A DNA stretch of 64,000 bases from Botryllus schlosseri (lineage: Eukaryota), in assembly GCA_051294905.1 (NCBI GenBank), contig CM119371.1:34164001-34228000 (forward strand), read 5' to 3'. Positions 49,253-62,481 of the stretch are shown piece after piece (positions within the stretch are counted from its first letter, which is position 1; every line of letters starts with the position of its first letter). Made by a program: the position numbers and the translations under genes. The notes beneath the pieces are model-generated. The model saw only the letters and a program-made list of their open reading frames with translations, was not told where the DNA came from and made no database searches.

Positions 49253-51518
49253 CAGTGGTTCCCAGCCTTTTTGACCTCGCGGCACCCTTTGGAAATGAAA
49301 AATTGTTCGCGGCACACTAGCACAGTGGTTACCAACTTTTTAGGCTTACGGCACCTGCAAATTACCAGACTACTTAACAGCACCCACTTCAGTAGTAACG
49401 CTGACTGATGTGACCACCTCTGCAGTCATTACAAGATGTTTCTGTATTCAATTGAACAGATCTCGCGAAAACATTTATTGAATTTCATCACAGACAGAGT
49501 CAATGCGAAAATTGCGCTTGACTTCTAGCGCATATCCTATCAATGTCTGGACGCACATCTGATAATGCCACTCTCATCTCTTCTTCAACGGCAAGTAACC
49601 CCTCCCTTTTTTGGTTTTTATATTGACCAGAACGGAAAATACGACGTGGAAAATTGAAGTAAAATCACAACTGCCTTTTCTCTAATGCAAGAATATTCAT
49701 TCTAGATTCTAATCCAAAATTCTTGAAGAGCCATCTCATTGTACCACAGCTTCAAGTTTCCGTCATTTCGGATGTCAATCAGCTCTTCCTCCTCTTTGAG
49801 ATTTAAAGTAAAATTGGTTTCCTGCGGCAAAAATCGGTTTCTTATCCATGCATAGTTTTCTGTTTTCAGTGTTGGAAAATATGTGTTTATTTTTGTATGC
49901 AAACATTTGAGATGCTGAGCAATCAATGGCAAGATTTCCCTGTTATTCGTTTCGGAGAAATTGGAGAACATGCTATAAGTTCCTGCTTCTGCTCGTACTG
50001 ACCACACTTCTAATTTCTCTTGCAGTGCTCTAATCTTGTCTGTTGAAGTAAAGAGATTTTCATTCTTGCCTTGCATACTGGAATTTTTCTTATTTAGGAG
50101 GTCAAAGATATCTACCAAATATGCTAATTTGGAGAGCCAGTTGTCATCGCAAAGGAAATCCTCAAATTCTTCTTGTTTTTCAAGCCTAAAAAATAACAGC
50201 ATTTCTTCCTTCAGCTCGTATACTCGCGACAACGCTTTTCCAAGTGACAACCATCGTGCCTCAGAGTGGAGCAGGAGATTATCATAGTTCGCTTCCATTT
50301 CCTTGCAAAGTTTAGTGAATAATCTGGACTTAAGTGGTCTAGATTTGATGTAATTTACCATTTCAATATCTTGTTGTAGTACTTTGTTCAAATCTGCGTC
50401 TAATGTTTTCCCCACAAGCACTTCACGATGAAGGAAACAGTGAGTTGCTATGATAACACTATTTACCCTTTTTGCAAGTGAAGCAAATCCTTTGATTGAT
50501 CCAACCATGGATGGAGCTCCGTCGGTACAAATACGTACACATTCCCCCCAAGACAATTCATTTTCTTCCTAACACTTGCTTAAAACATCAAATACATCTC
50601 CACCAGTCGTCCTTTCCTTGAGTTCTTTACAACAACAACAAAAAATGATCAGCTATTTTCCCGTCACTGACAAACCTGATAAAAGCCAATAACTGGGCCT
50701 TGCCACTGATATCAGTAGACTCGTCAACTTGCATCGTAAAGATTTTGCTCTTCTTCGAAGAAGATATTACGGTATCTTATATATCTCTGGACATGTCACT
50801 AATGCGTCTGCGAATCGTGTTATTTGACAAGGGAATTGTTTTCAATTCCTCTGCAGCTTTGGTCCCGAACATTTTTTTTACAATTCCAGTGCAAGCCGGA
50901 AGAAAAACTTTCTCCGTGTGAGGCTTTGAATTTTTAGCTAGTACCTCCGCCACCACATAACTGGCCTGTTGTGATCTAGTTGAAACTTCAAATGTTTTGG
51001 TAAACGACTTAGATTGGTGTTTTCACTCATCCAAGAGTCTTTTGAAATAGCTCGGCGGTTTTTCAGCCAAGTGTTCTTGCTTTCTTCAAGGTGTCTTTTC
51101 AATTTACTTGGCATCATAGCTTCATTCGACAATTTCGCGGGACAGATAAGGCAATCTGGTACAGGTGCGATTCATCTTCACACCAAGTGAAACCCATATT
51201 TAAATACCTGTCGCAATATAAGCGTGCTCTCTTTGCGTTCTTTTCTAATTTACCTCCACCTCCAAAAGCTCTCTTTTCTTTATTGCAATGATCATTACTG
51301 TTTGACTTCATTTCTTTTGAACTAAACTTCTCCATTTTAATATTTCTAAAAGTTAACTTTTGTACAAAGCATACCTTATATAGCTTACTAAGCACTGATA
51401 GGAAGTCGTCGTTTTCCTCAGGACGGAATACTGTACCTTCGTGATTACAATAAACAGAGCGTATTCAGACGAAAGTAAAAGGGGGTTATTTGGATTCAGT
51501 CATGATTTGCGACTTCAC
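49253..51518 (-). mobile_element. Buster-type hAT transposon, copy B (5' end lost)
   Basis: 3' TIR cagtggttccca at 49253 is preceded by gtgtaagg. The body is near-identical to 3741-5778. Confidence 0.9.
49540..51335 (-). pseudogene. Frameshifted hAT transposase, duplicate of 3800-5594
   Basis: ORFs 49702-50556, 50938-51132 and 51114-51395 show the same motifs and largely the same breaks. Confidence 0.92.
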
Positions 51519-51879
51519 AAAAATTTCGGGCTGCCCCCAGATACCGTTGCATAAGATTCGTTTGACAATATACTCAGCCCACTGCCGCATTGTAGATGTA
51601 ATTAACCATCGCCACCACGTAAGCTAGGGTTGTTTAGAATTGATCGACTTTCAAAATGTCGTGGTTTTCAGTCCGATTCCCATGCCTTATACCATAAAAA
51701 CATATTCTAGGTACTTTTTTCGTAATTCATCCCTTGCATCCGTGTGCACATTGAGCTGGAAGAATATCGGCTAAAAATAGGAGATTCCCCTAAAATTTGA
51801 GTGTCGCTAGTCGGACTAGGCTAGTAAAACGTCATATATAAGCTGGTTTTATGTAGCTATTGTGGTTGGAGTGCTACAT

Positions 51880-52128
51880 AACCTCACTATAGAAAGTATT
51901 GTCAGTTCAGGACACCATTGTCATGTCCCACACTGCCTTAGAACTCCTCAAAACTGCCTAAGACTGATAGTCATTTTGTTGGATCACCTATCCTACACTC
52001 CTCAACCCTACCCAAGATTGTTCATCAATTGCCGGGATCACCACGTGCAAGAATACAACTGTAAATGTATCATTCACTCACAGCCACATTATAAACATCG
52101 CATTGTTCAAAGTAAGTAAGTAAGTAAG
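51880..52128 (+). mobile_element. Possible non-LTR retroelement 3' end with (AGTA)n tail
   Basis: Ends aagtaagtaagtaagtaag exactly where homology to duplication copy A resumes. Confidence 0.35.
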
Positions 52129-52684
52129 CTTGTAGCCTACTTTATAGGCCTACCGTTGTAAACGGGCCATCGTCTGCTCATTGTGAATCATAAATGGTCA
52201 AATGAAACAAATAGTGACATGGTTTTATGGTCAACGTACCGCAATATCCTTGCTGAAGCAATACTGCTTGGACATTGCATAGTTCTTATATCAAGAAGCG
52301 CAAGCTGAAAAATTGTGATATAGACAACATTGTCAGAAGGCAGCAACACGGTTTGTCACCAGCAGTGTGCGCACAACTTGAGTGTTGTCAGCAGGGCTGT
52401 GGAGTCGGAGTCGGCGGAGTCGGAGTCGGAGTATGGGTAATTTTCGCTTGATGGAGTCGGAGTCGGAGTCGGAGTCGTGAAAATTATAATAGCTGGAGTC
52501 GGAGTCGGAGTCGGAGTCGGTGGGAAAATACTGACTGGAGTCGGAGTCGGAGTTTGTGAGAATGACCCTGACTTCGACTCCGACTCCGACTCCAACTTCT
52601 CTATCACGAAAACATTTTCTTTCAAAGAATTTTCAGTAGAATTTTTATTTACTACCAATCACTGTTATTAATAACCATACAGAT

Positions 52685-53567
52685 CAGGTGCGGCCAGCCA
52701 GTGGCACGCAGGCCAAATTTGCCACACGAGAAGGTTAGGTGTGGCCTGCGAGGTAATTCTCGAAATAATCTATGACATCTTGTTTGAACAATAACTCATA
52801 CGACGGTGTCAAGTACAATTCCAAGGTCAACCAAAATTTGATTAGCATGACCGCGAAATTTGATGATGACTAAAACAACAGTTCTGACGCATTGGCGTAT
52901 CCAGGGGCCCGCCACATTTATCCCAGATCTTCGTATATGACCATAAAGTAGAATTTTTCATAGCCGATTTATTTGACTTGAAATTGTTCTCGGTACTTCG
53001 TATGATTCATTGTCACTAGATTTATTGCATTCAGTATCTGAGCCCCCTTCTGAAAATTATAAGTAGGCCTACATATTATTCACATAATTGAGACTGACTA
53101 TATTCGCAATTAGGAGATAACGTGTCGTCCAACATGAGGCTTCGCTTGTGCACTCGCAGCGAGATCGTCGACAAAACATTTGCACAAAATGATAGAGGCG
53201 TGTTCACTGATACCGTCGATTTTGCTATGTCTAAACGTCGAATAATCCTGTCCTTGCCAAATGAGCCCCGTGGTATACAGATGCGACCCCCAATGTATGT
53301 TAGCAACATATTTATTGATATAATTCAGTCATTATCTTGCAAAAAATTTCGCGCTTCGCGCGACCAGGACCTGGTTGCGCACTGCACAGTTGCATGACAT
53401 ATTGTTATCAATTTAAGAGCGTATTAATATAAGTCTTGTTTGCAATGTCACCTAATTCGGTTCGCTCCTATCGACCGACTAAAAAAAGGCTATCAACATT
53501 CCAGTTACCCACGCAATGGTTCGTAAATCTCATGTGTCCCTTTGGCCGAAAAAGTTGCCCACCCCTG
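52685..53567. mobile_element. Nested hAT-type MITE
   Basis: Imperfect TIR caggtgcggccagc / gttgcccacccctg, TSD atacagat / atatagat. A related end lies at ~15463. Confidence 0.7.
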
Positions 53568-53758
53568 ATATAGATTAAATTAGACATTACTTGCAAATTA
53601 CAACTCAGTTGCACAGAGGAAGAAAATCGCAATATGCGTTTTCGCGATGCAGTCAAAATTGATGCATATTTTGGAATTATACCGTGATACTGTGACAGAG
53701 CAAATGCATCGGCTGATTTTGTATAATTGTAAAAATGATGTGAATATGACCAAACGAT

Positions 53759-54275
53759 TAGGGCTGGGCAAAATCGAGTACTTGAGTGATTCGATTCTGA
53801 ATCACGCAATATGCTTCGAGTCGAGTCGAGTAATCGAGTATCACTCATTATGACGTCATAACAAAATGTAATACGTCAAAGTTCAAATATGTACCGCTTA
53901 TGCCACCAAAAAGAATATGATGACTGTTATCCATCTCATAAACGATAATTTGGTATTTTTTCAACCATACCGATTTCATTCCACTTGGTGACAATGTTGT
54001 GGGATAATCATGACTTCGGAAATGTGCTACGTCCGGTAACCTTCGTAGCTTTGTACTATATGTTTCGTATGCTACGATACCACCAATCACGGTTTCATGG
54101 CTTCAACGGTCAAAATTAGTATCGCAACTATAATTCTCGTTGATAAATTAACTTTTAAGTATTGAGAAGCTTAAATTTCAGTACTCGAAAAAATCGTCTT
54201 TTACTACTCGACTCGAATCATTAAAATTATTACTCGATTCAGATTCGAGTACTCGAATCATTGTGCCCGGCCCTA
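53759..54275. mobile_element. TAGGGCTGGGCA-family MITE, copy 2 (inverted)
   Basis: TIRs plus exact TSD caaacgat. Confidence 0.92.
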
Positions 54276-56405
54276 CAAACGATGCTTCCCACTTCAATAA
54301 AATTAAAAATATTTGTAGTGTAGCTTTGCTGTTTGGGTCGAACAAATGATTAAGAAAGACTGCAAGTCCCAATCCTTGAATATTTGATTAAGTACATGTA
54401 GACTGGACACAGGCAGGTCTTTGACTACTTAACTAAATTCCATTTATGACTAATGTCTATTAGTAGTAAGAGTGTGTGTGCTTGTCATCAGGATAGTGTG
54501 CAATGACAAAATTAGTAAGTTCAATCTCTTTATTAGTTGCTGACTCATACACAAGAGCTACACTTGGATTTTTTATCTACATTTTTATCATACAGGATTG
54601 GATATCTGCCATATTTGAATGATTCATACATTTCAGGATATTAGAGAGTCCATGTTATAAAAACTTGAAACAGGAAGGATAGTTAGCAAATCTTTATTTC
54701 ATGTTAATTGCATAGTGGATAATTCGAGCTATTCCACAATGAGACAATTTAGCATGCCACCGTTAATCATATGTTTGCATATGTTTAATGGTTGTATGAT
54801 AGTCATTCAACCGACAATGTGGCATATAATTTTCGAAGTGAATTGGTAATAATGCTGGAGTCGGAGTCGGGAGTCGGAGTCGGAGTCGGTACGTTTAAAG
54901 ACCCAGGAGTCGGAGTTGGAGTCGGAGTCGGTACGTTTAAAGACTCAGGAGTCGGAGTCGGAGTTGGAGTCGGTATATTAAAAATGTGTGGAGTCGGAGT
55001 CGGAGCCGGAGTCGGTGGTAAAATTTACCGACTCCACAGCCCTGGTTGTCAGCCAACAAATGCTGCTGTTGAACGTTCTTTCTCCGTTCTTGGCAAGCTA
55101 CGTAGTAAGGACACGCACTTTCTACCCGAGAATGTAGGAAAGGATCTTTCGTTGTACTACAGCAAATTTTAATTATTTCCACCAGAATACGTTATGTCAC
55201 TACTGGAATTCTTCATAGGGCCAGATTTCGTTGAAATACTAGTTTTTCATGTAAAAATCTGTCAGTTTTTGAGCCAAAAACGTTTTTTCAGGCCAATCTA
55301 CTTTGTAAGGACAGACAGTTCCAACCAGAAATGAAGATAAGTAGTACAATTTTAACATTATATGCGAAAACACCTAATTTGCATACGTGAGGTCAAAATT
55401 CGGTCAAATTTCAGTTTTTTTAGGTCAAAAAAGGTCAAAATTTAGATTTTTTAGGTCAAAATCTTCCGTTTTTAGGTAAAAAAAAAACTGCCCTACTGAT
55501 AAAATACGACTAGCTGAATTGCAACTGAATTTTAGCGTCAGAATTGTCATTTCAAACGGCCGGGTTTTGCTACGCGCCTGAATGTATTGCTGCTGGTTTT
55601 CTTGCGTGTTCAGTAGCAATACGAAACACATTGCTTATTTGCAAATCGATCAATTCACCAGCCAGTCAGTTGCAGACCTCGCCGAATTTTGGGAATGCCG
55701 CATACCCAAAACAATTCATAGGTATGCGCGGCATACCTAGCATACCCGAGTTCAGCGCCTATGTGTAGAGGCACACGCGGCACACTAGTGTGACAATTGG
55801 ATTTCTTAGGGGTGTCGCGACAGAACGTGGTAAACAAGGTCGACGTATAGCAAAATTTAGGAATCCAAATTCTGATTATGGCAAAGACCGCGATTCGATT
55901 ATTCCATCCGCTCAAGACACACAATGTAGAAACGCGGTGTAATGAACAGATAGAAGAATGTCGAAACAACCAAGTAAGGTCTCTTAATCAGGCAGCCCAT
56001 CATCCCAGTGATTCCCCGCCAATGTGCAACGGCACGCTATATAGTACCACAAGACGATGTAGTAAATAAGGTCGATGTATAACAGAAATGAAGGTGCGAT
56101 GCGATGAACATATAGGAGAACGACATAATACTGCTATGTTCGATCTTTATTTTAGGCCCCCTCGGTCGGCAGAGGAGGATAATCTCAGATCAACCTCCGA
56201 CGCGCTGAGGGCTCTTGCCGTCAGTGGCGGTGGAATGGCATGTCGCTTACGTTTTGTAGCATTTATTGCGCCAATAACTAAACAAATCAAATTACGAGAA
56301 GCGGACTTAAGACAGTTTGGTTTTCCAGCGACGAGTAGGTCGTCACTCGGGCAATTCGAAGCTGATGTTGAGGTTTACCGAAGTTGTTGACGTTTTTTCT
56401 AGTCA

Positions 56406-56513
<108 letters not shown>

Positions 56514-58249
56514 TATTTTATTAATTTTTTTATCAAAGGAATACACCACGCGATTGCGAGATGATGAAAAGATCCATCCATCAGAACCATGGTCTGAACA
56601 GTGTTCTTGCTCTCATGGTACTGGTTATATTTCTAGTGTTCATGGTATTTCGACTATGCTGTGGTCAACGGTCATATTACACCACATCGATATTGTTTAT
56701 TATGATTCCTGAGATGGCAACTTACAGCACGACCCACGATGACATATTTTATCACGCCGATACAAGTTGATGAGTCATCTGTTTAAAATCGATTGTGATC
56801 CCCCCCCCCCCCCCTATGTACGTTGTATTGTATTGTATCTGTAACGGCGAATCATTTCATTATTTTCTGCCCGGAATATCAATTTCATCGCAGATTTCTG
56901 CACGGCGAGTGTACTATACGTTCAACTTTCATTTACGCTGTTTGAGTTGTTATCTAACCCCGCCGTATCGTCCGCGACCGCTGAATTTGTTCTCTCTAGT
57001 ATTAGATTCATTTGAGTGCCCTTTCCCTGAATTTATTAGCACTGTAGACCGTGGCGCACCATACCTTAACAGGTGATAAGTGACACCCTAAACTTTTATC
57101 AATAATAATAATAATAATAATACATTGCTATTATCATTAAGGCATTGTGAAGCGTTAAATTAGCTACTTAGCTCGCTCATATGTTTTGATGATGACTCAT
57201 TCTTTGATATGATCTGGTTTCTCCATATGCTCGAGTTCAAAGTGTTTTTGTTTTTATAATAATAATTATGGTATTAGTATGGATTTTGGTAAGAGACTGG
57301 GTTGAAATTCATTTGGACTCTCGTGAGATACTGCCGCAGGGTAGTACAATTTCGTTTATGGCTGCTGAACAGGTCTCGCTGTATGTAGTGTGCTGTGTAT
57401 ACATCTAAATGATATTATCTAGTATAGAAACGGATTCCGGAGCGCAGGTGCAACGGTACAGATTCAGAACTTTATCATTCTCTATCTTCGGAAAAGGCGC
57501 TTTCAAAGAGTGCTACACAACAATATCCTAAAATACGGGAGCATTCCGACATTCTGGATAGCCCTCGTACCGAAGAATCAATACACTTCATTAAGTTTAT
57601 TTGCCGATAACATTCTTACCAGCTTTGGGTCTACTTATTTACGTGAAACCTTTTACTCTGCCATGGGAATGATAAAATCAAAATAGTACTCCCTTATAAC
57701 TGACTGACATTTACAGAATTCCATGTTAGCAGCTACAACTGAGCTACAACCAGATATTAAAGTACTTGGGAACGGAATCCAGACTCAGAACAATTGTGTG
57801 GCGTTTTTAAATTGTAATAACAAACATTGTTGCTGTTAGGTATCATTCGCACTAGGATGAAGCTGCAACTGCAAATTTACGAACCGTGTCCAAGTATGTC
57901 CGCCACTAATGTTTTAAAATGCATAGAAATGAATGAAACACCAGTTAAGGACTGGTGAATAGACCTATAGGGTGAATCAAATAGTACAAGTATTTGCAGC
58001 GCCTTAACTGCCACACCCCAAACCATCTAATGGGGGTGGGGGAGCTTCAATGCGACCAAAAATTATTGCGCGAATGAACATAAATAATAAAGTATTTGAG
58101 GAAAGGTTTCCTTCAAGTAATTATTTTCTTCGCGCTTCGCGCGATTTAATAGATTTTAATGCATACATGTTAATATGGGTAGTCTCCCCACCCAAGAAAA
58201 AAAGGCATAATTTATGAAAGAAAATAGGCATTTCAGCGCCGGTCATTAC

Positions 58250-58766
58250 TAGGGCTGGGCACAACGATTCGAGTACTCGAATCTGAATCGAGTATTAATT
58301 TTAATGATTCGAGTCGAGTAGTAAAAGACGATTTTTTCGAGTACTGAAATTATGCGGTCCTCGACACTGGAAGTTAATTTGTCAATGAGAAGTATAGTTT
58401 CGAAACTAACTTTCACTGCTGAAGCCTTGAAACCTTAATTGGCGGTATCGTAGAATACAAAACATATGGTACAAAGCTACGAAGGTTACTGGACGCATTT
58501 CCGAAGTCATGATTATCCCCCAACTTTTTCACCAAGTGAAATGAAATCGGTACGGTATGGTCGAAAAAATACCAAAGTATCATTTACGAGATGGATAACA
58601 GGCATTATATTCTTTGTGGTGGCATAAACGGTACATATTTGAACTTTGACGTATTACATTATGTTATGACGTCATAATGGGTGATACTCGATTACTCGAC
58701 TCGACTCGAAGCATATTACGTGATTCAGAATCGAATCACTCAGGTACTCGATTTTGCCCAGCCCTA
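58250..58766. mobile_element. TAGGGCTGGGCA-family MITE, copy 3
   Basis: TIRs plus exact TSD gtcattac. The empty site ccggtcattaccagtc is at ~10203. Confidence 0.95.
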
Positions 58767-59444
58767 GTCATTACCAGTCCACAACACACCAAGACTTATG
58801 AAGTTTCTGCCAACATGCGACTTCGCAAAGTGTGTCACCAAAAAAAATTTGGCCGAAGATGACCGATGCATATTGGCCGAAACGATCAATATATATGCAG
58901 GGCCGTACCAGCACTTCGTCAGCCCCCCCCCCCCAAAAAAAAACGTTGGTCTTGGGCCCCCATATGATAATAAACCGAACTTTTTGGGGCTTCGCCCCCC
59001 AGCCCCACCTCAGGCTGTACGCTGTTTACCGCTACTGATCATATACATTGGGAAGCGTTACTGAGTCTGCTTATCTCGCCTAAACGCCCTAAGTGCGAAA
59101 AATTTCTATAATTCATGATTGAATCAGTCAATATGATCGGATATATATATATATATATATCTTGCTATCAATATTTATCCTCTCTCTGATCACGTAATCA
59201 GATTTGCAGGTAGAGCTGAGTGATGTGTGTTTGAAAAGGTCGGACCCCTCAATAATAATTAAACATCTTCGGGCGTATACCCGTTCAGGAACGAAACAGC
59301 ACTTCGACAGGCCCACCCATAGGGTGGTAAACCTACCCGCATTCACGTTGTTAGCTTTTGCCACGAAACTAGTCGTACTGTTTAGTGAGCCAGCGCCAAG
59401 CGCGAAAATTTTCGATATTTCATGATAAAATCAGTCAATAAGAT

Positions 59445-59595
59445 CGGGAATTGCATATGTAATGGGAGTGGACATTTTTAGCAGGTATGAAAAAGTCACC
59501 AAATACAGGAGGCAAACTATTGGAAAAATATTTGTGAATGACTTTTGATACTTCGAAGCGATATAGTTCGTCAACTCGCAAAATTCGATGCTTAC
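59445..59595 (-). mobile_element. CR1/L2-group LINE ORF2 C-terminal fragment
   Basis: HRILRVDELYRFEVSKVIHKYFSNSLPPVFGDFF...VHSHY resembles the conserved post-RT tail of L2/Crack elements. Confidence 0.6.
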
Positions 59596-60487
59596 GGTAG
59601 TGAGGCGATAGTTCGTACAATTTCGCGCATTTTGCCCGCGAGCCGCACATGCTCACGTGCAGCGTTCTTAATGCCTAGTCAGTAAACACTCGTATGTATT
59701 TGAATGGCATATTCATATTGAAATGAACCCGAATATTTTCGGCTGACAGTCCTCAACAACTAGTAGAGAATTGGAAAGAACAATATATATCAACATTCGT
59801 ATCTCGAAATATGACACCGTATGTGTCCATGCGGTTTCGTTGCCACAGACAGTAAAGTCCATGTAAATTTGTGAATTGGTCGCGATAACAGCACAACGAC
59901 ATATCGTGCGTTGGCATTGCTATTTGATTTTCAATCAGCGATGGCAATACTAAAATAATGCTGCCTTCAGCATTGTGAAAATGATGCGAAGTGACTAGAA
60001 TTTCCATGTATAATTTTATACTAGATTCTACCTCTGGCAAACGTTCTTGCGTAATCCATGATGGATTGCGCAATGTTTACTATCATTGTTATTGTCTAAC
60101 GCAGGTACTGTGTGCGTTGTAGTCGGTACAATACCATTTGCCTGGTTTTCGGAGCGTCACTGAATAGCAGCAGAAAGTTTTTATGCCTGATCTGATTATT
60201 ATTAGCCAAGTATTTTTATTGGGAACAATGCGTCTTCATTCCGATCGATACTGCAACGACACAACAAATTGTTTCTCATCTAGAAGGCGTTAATGATCAG
60301 CAATCCACTGACTGGCTCTACTTCAACCTTCAACACATATTTGTAGATAGACATTTTACAATCTGCCCATACATGCTGGTAAATCAGATCTGTTTAAATC
60401 ATTATTAATCAAGTTGCGAAAAGCGAATACTTCGGCGAATATGTCTCGGCCCTACGCCATACTAGAACAACCTACTATACTTATCAG

Positions 60488-61595
60488 CAGGGTTACCATA
60501 CCGTCCTTATTTCTAAGATTTGTCCTTATTTTGAAGGGTCAGGTCCTGGAAAACTCAACTGCCCTTATTTTTAGGAAAGGTCCTTGTTTTCGACTCCGCC
60601 CTTATGTTGTCTTAATTTCAACAACTACAGAACTTCGATCGTTTTCCTCTGGTATCTGTGTTGCATAATATTCTAAAATTATGCTTTTACGTCGAGATTT
60701 ATTGGCATCATAAATGAACGGAACTTGACTTCAAAGTGATGAGATATAGCAGTTGCAGCTGTAGCCGACCAAGATATCGCAGCCGACGTCAATTTAGTAG
60801 TACACAGCAGCATAAGGCGCCAACTTGCGAGTTAACGTGCGCCACCTCGTATAAAATACTCAAAATGCCCCAGTAATTTGTAACTAGTCATTAGTAGTTA
60901 GGCGAATCCACGCGACCTCATCAAAGATGTTGTCGATACAATCAGAAACAGTTGTCGGGAGGCGAGCTACTCAATACGATGACGCAATCATAACCCATTT
61001 GTGCTGTACACAAGAGACGAGATACTAATTAGATCTGGTCTGGGCAAAGTGCGGCCTGCGGCGATATTCTGAGCGGCCCTCGATAAGTTGCTTCGAATTC
61101 GAAACATAAAACCTACTTTTGAATGTTGATGAGTGGATTAAAACCACAGGCTGTAAAAACTGAACTGCAAATTCGTTTACTACGTACCTCGCGTGCGTAA
61201 TCCATATTCAAAATGAATTCCATATAGCAAAGGGTGGCCGTAGCAAATAAAGTCACTAGAAGTCACTCTTTTCATATAGTTTATTGTTAAAATTAAAGAG
61301 TGTTCTCTCTGGTTTCGGCGAAGTGGACCAAGGAAAGGAACAGACTTAGTGAAAGGACAGTCAAATCCCAGTTACAAGTAGGCTATAGGCAAACCTAGAC
61401 CTGCGCTGTCGTGATGAGATCCCTGAAGCACTTTTTAATAGTATGGAGTTGCTTGAGCAGATTGTATCTGGTAAAAAGTATGGAATGTTATATGCCACGG
61501 CTGGTATAAATACAAAGTAGGCACAAAACGCTTTTGAGTGCTAATCTAATTTTTCGACTGTCCTTATTTTTTGATCCATGTCGATGGCAACCCTG
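60488..61595. mobile_element. hAT-type MITE with GTCCTTATTT subterminal repeats
   Basis: TIR cagggttaccat / atggcaaccctg with exact TSD cttatcag. Confidence 0.9.
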
Positions 61596-61610
61596 CTTAT
61601 CAGTTATGAG

Positions 61611-61810
61611 CAGTGTTGGGATCAAGTCACTACTTTCGAGTCACGAGTCATCTCGAGTCATTGCAGATTTTGACTCGAGTCAAGTCAAGTCAATCGATTT
61701 TTGGAAGTGACTCGAGTCAAGTCAAGTCACTCGATTTTTGGAGGTGACTCGAGTCAAGTCGAGTCAAGTCAAGTCAAGTCATGAGTCAAGTCACAATTCA
61801 AGTCAAGTAG
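61611..61810. mobile_element. End of a GAGTCAAGTC-rich MITE
   Basis: Starts cagtgttggg, followed by arrays of gactcgagtcaagtc. No partner TIR was found. Confidence 0.6.
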
Positions 61811-62351
61811 TCTTTTTGAAGTATGAGGCATGATTACGTCATTGCATTTTGCTAGCTGTTTGAAACACAGATTGGGTGGTCATTGATTCTGAACCAATTG
61901 CGAATATAGAGTTAAATATACACGCAATAAGGCGATGTATCGCTGACATATACGTAGAACTGCTAAACTACGTAAGTAATTACACAGACTCAGTTTATAG
62001 TTACTAGCGAAAATAGAGAATAGAGAAACGAAATGATAAGATGCAATACATTACCATTTACAAATTGATATGATACAATTCAAACCTACGCTAATGGATG
62101 AGGACTGTATTAACTATATTTGAATTCAATTTCAACAAAACATGAGGTTTGGTTAGGGAAAGAACAGAGAACAGAAATAGACATTTTGCTATTAAATTAC
62201 TTTACTGTACTAGTTTACGACAACGTAATCTGTAAAATTCGATCACTTCGTTTGCGGTCAATTTATTTGTGAGAGAACAATGGAGGTTCAGTAAGGCGCA
62301 CGATCATTGAAAGACTGGTCGCTCTCACGGGGTGCCTTTATTTTGTGCTAG

Positions 62352-62481
62352 GAAACTTATGAAACTTATGGAAACTTATGAAACTTATGAAAACTTATGA
62401 AACTTATGAAAACTTATGAAACTTATGAAACTTATGGGAGCTTATGAAACTTATGAAACTTATGAAACTTATGAAACTTAT
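62352..62481. repeat. (GAAACTTAT)n 9-10 bp minisatellite
   Basis: About 14 units. The reverse-complement array occupies 63950-64000. Confidence 0.9.

Larger units (their letters stand above)
52392..55044. mobile_element. Non-autonomous hAT-like element with (GGAGTC)n subterminal repeats
   Basis: TIR cagggctgtggagtcgg / ccgactccacagccctg, exact TSD gttgtcag, and an empty site at ~7093 in copy A. Confidence 0.95.

Noticed and set aside
52356..55182. PT-repeat and GV-repeat ORFs
   Set aside because: Translations of (GGAGTC)n subterminal repeats of a transposon.
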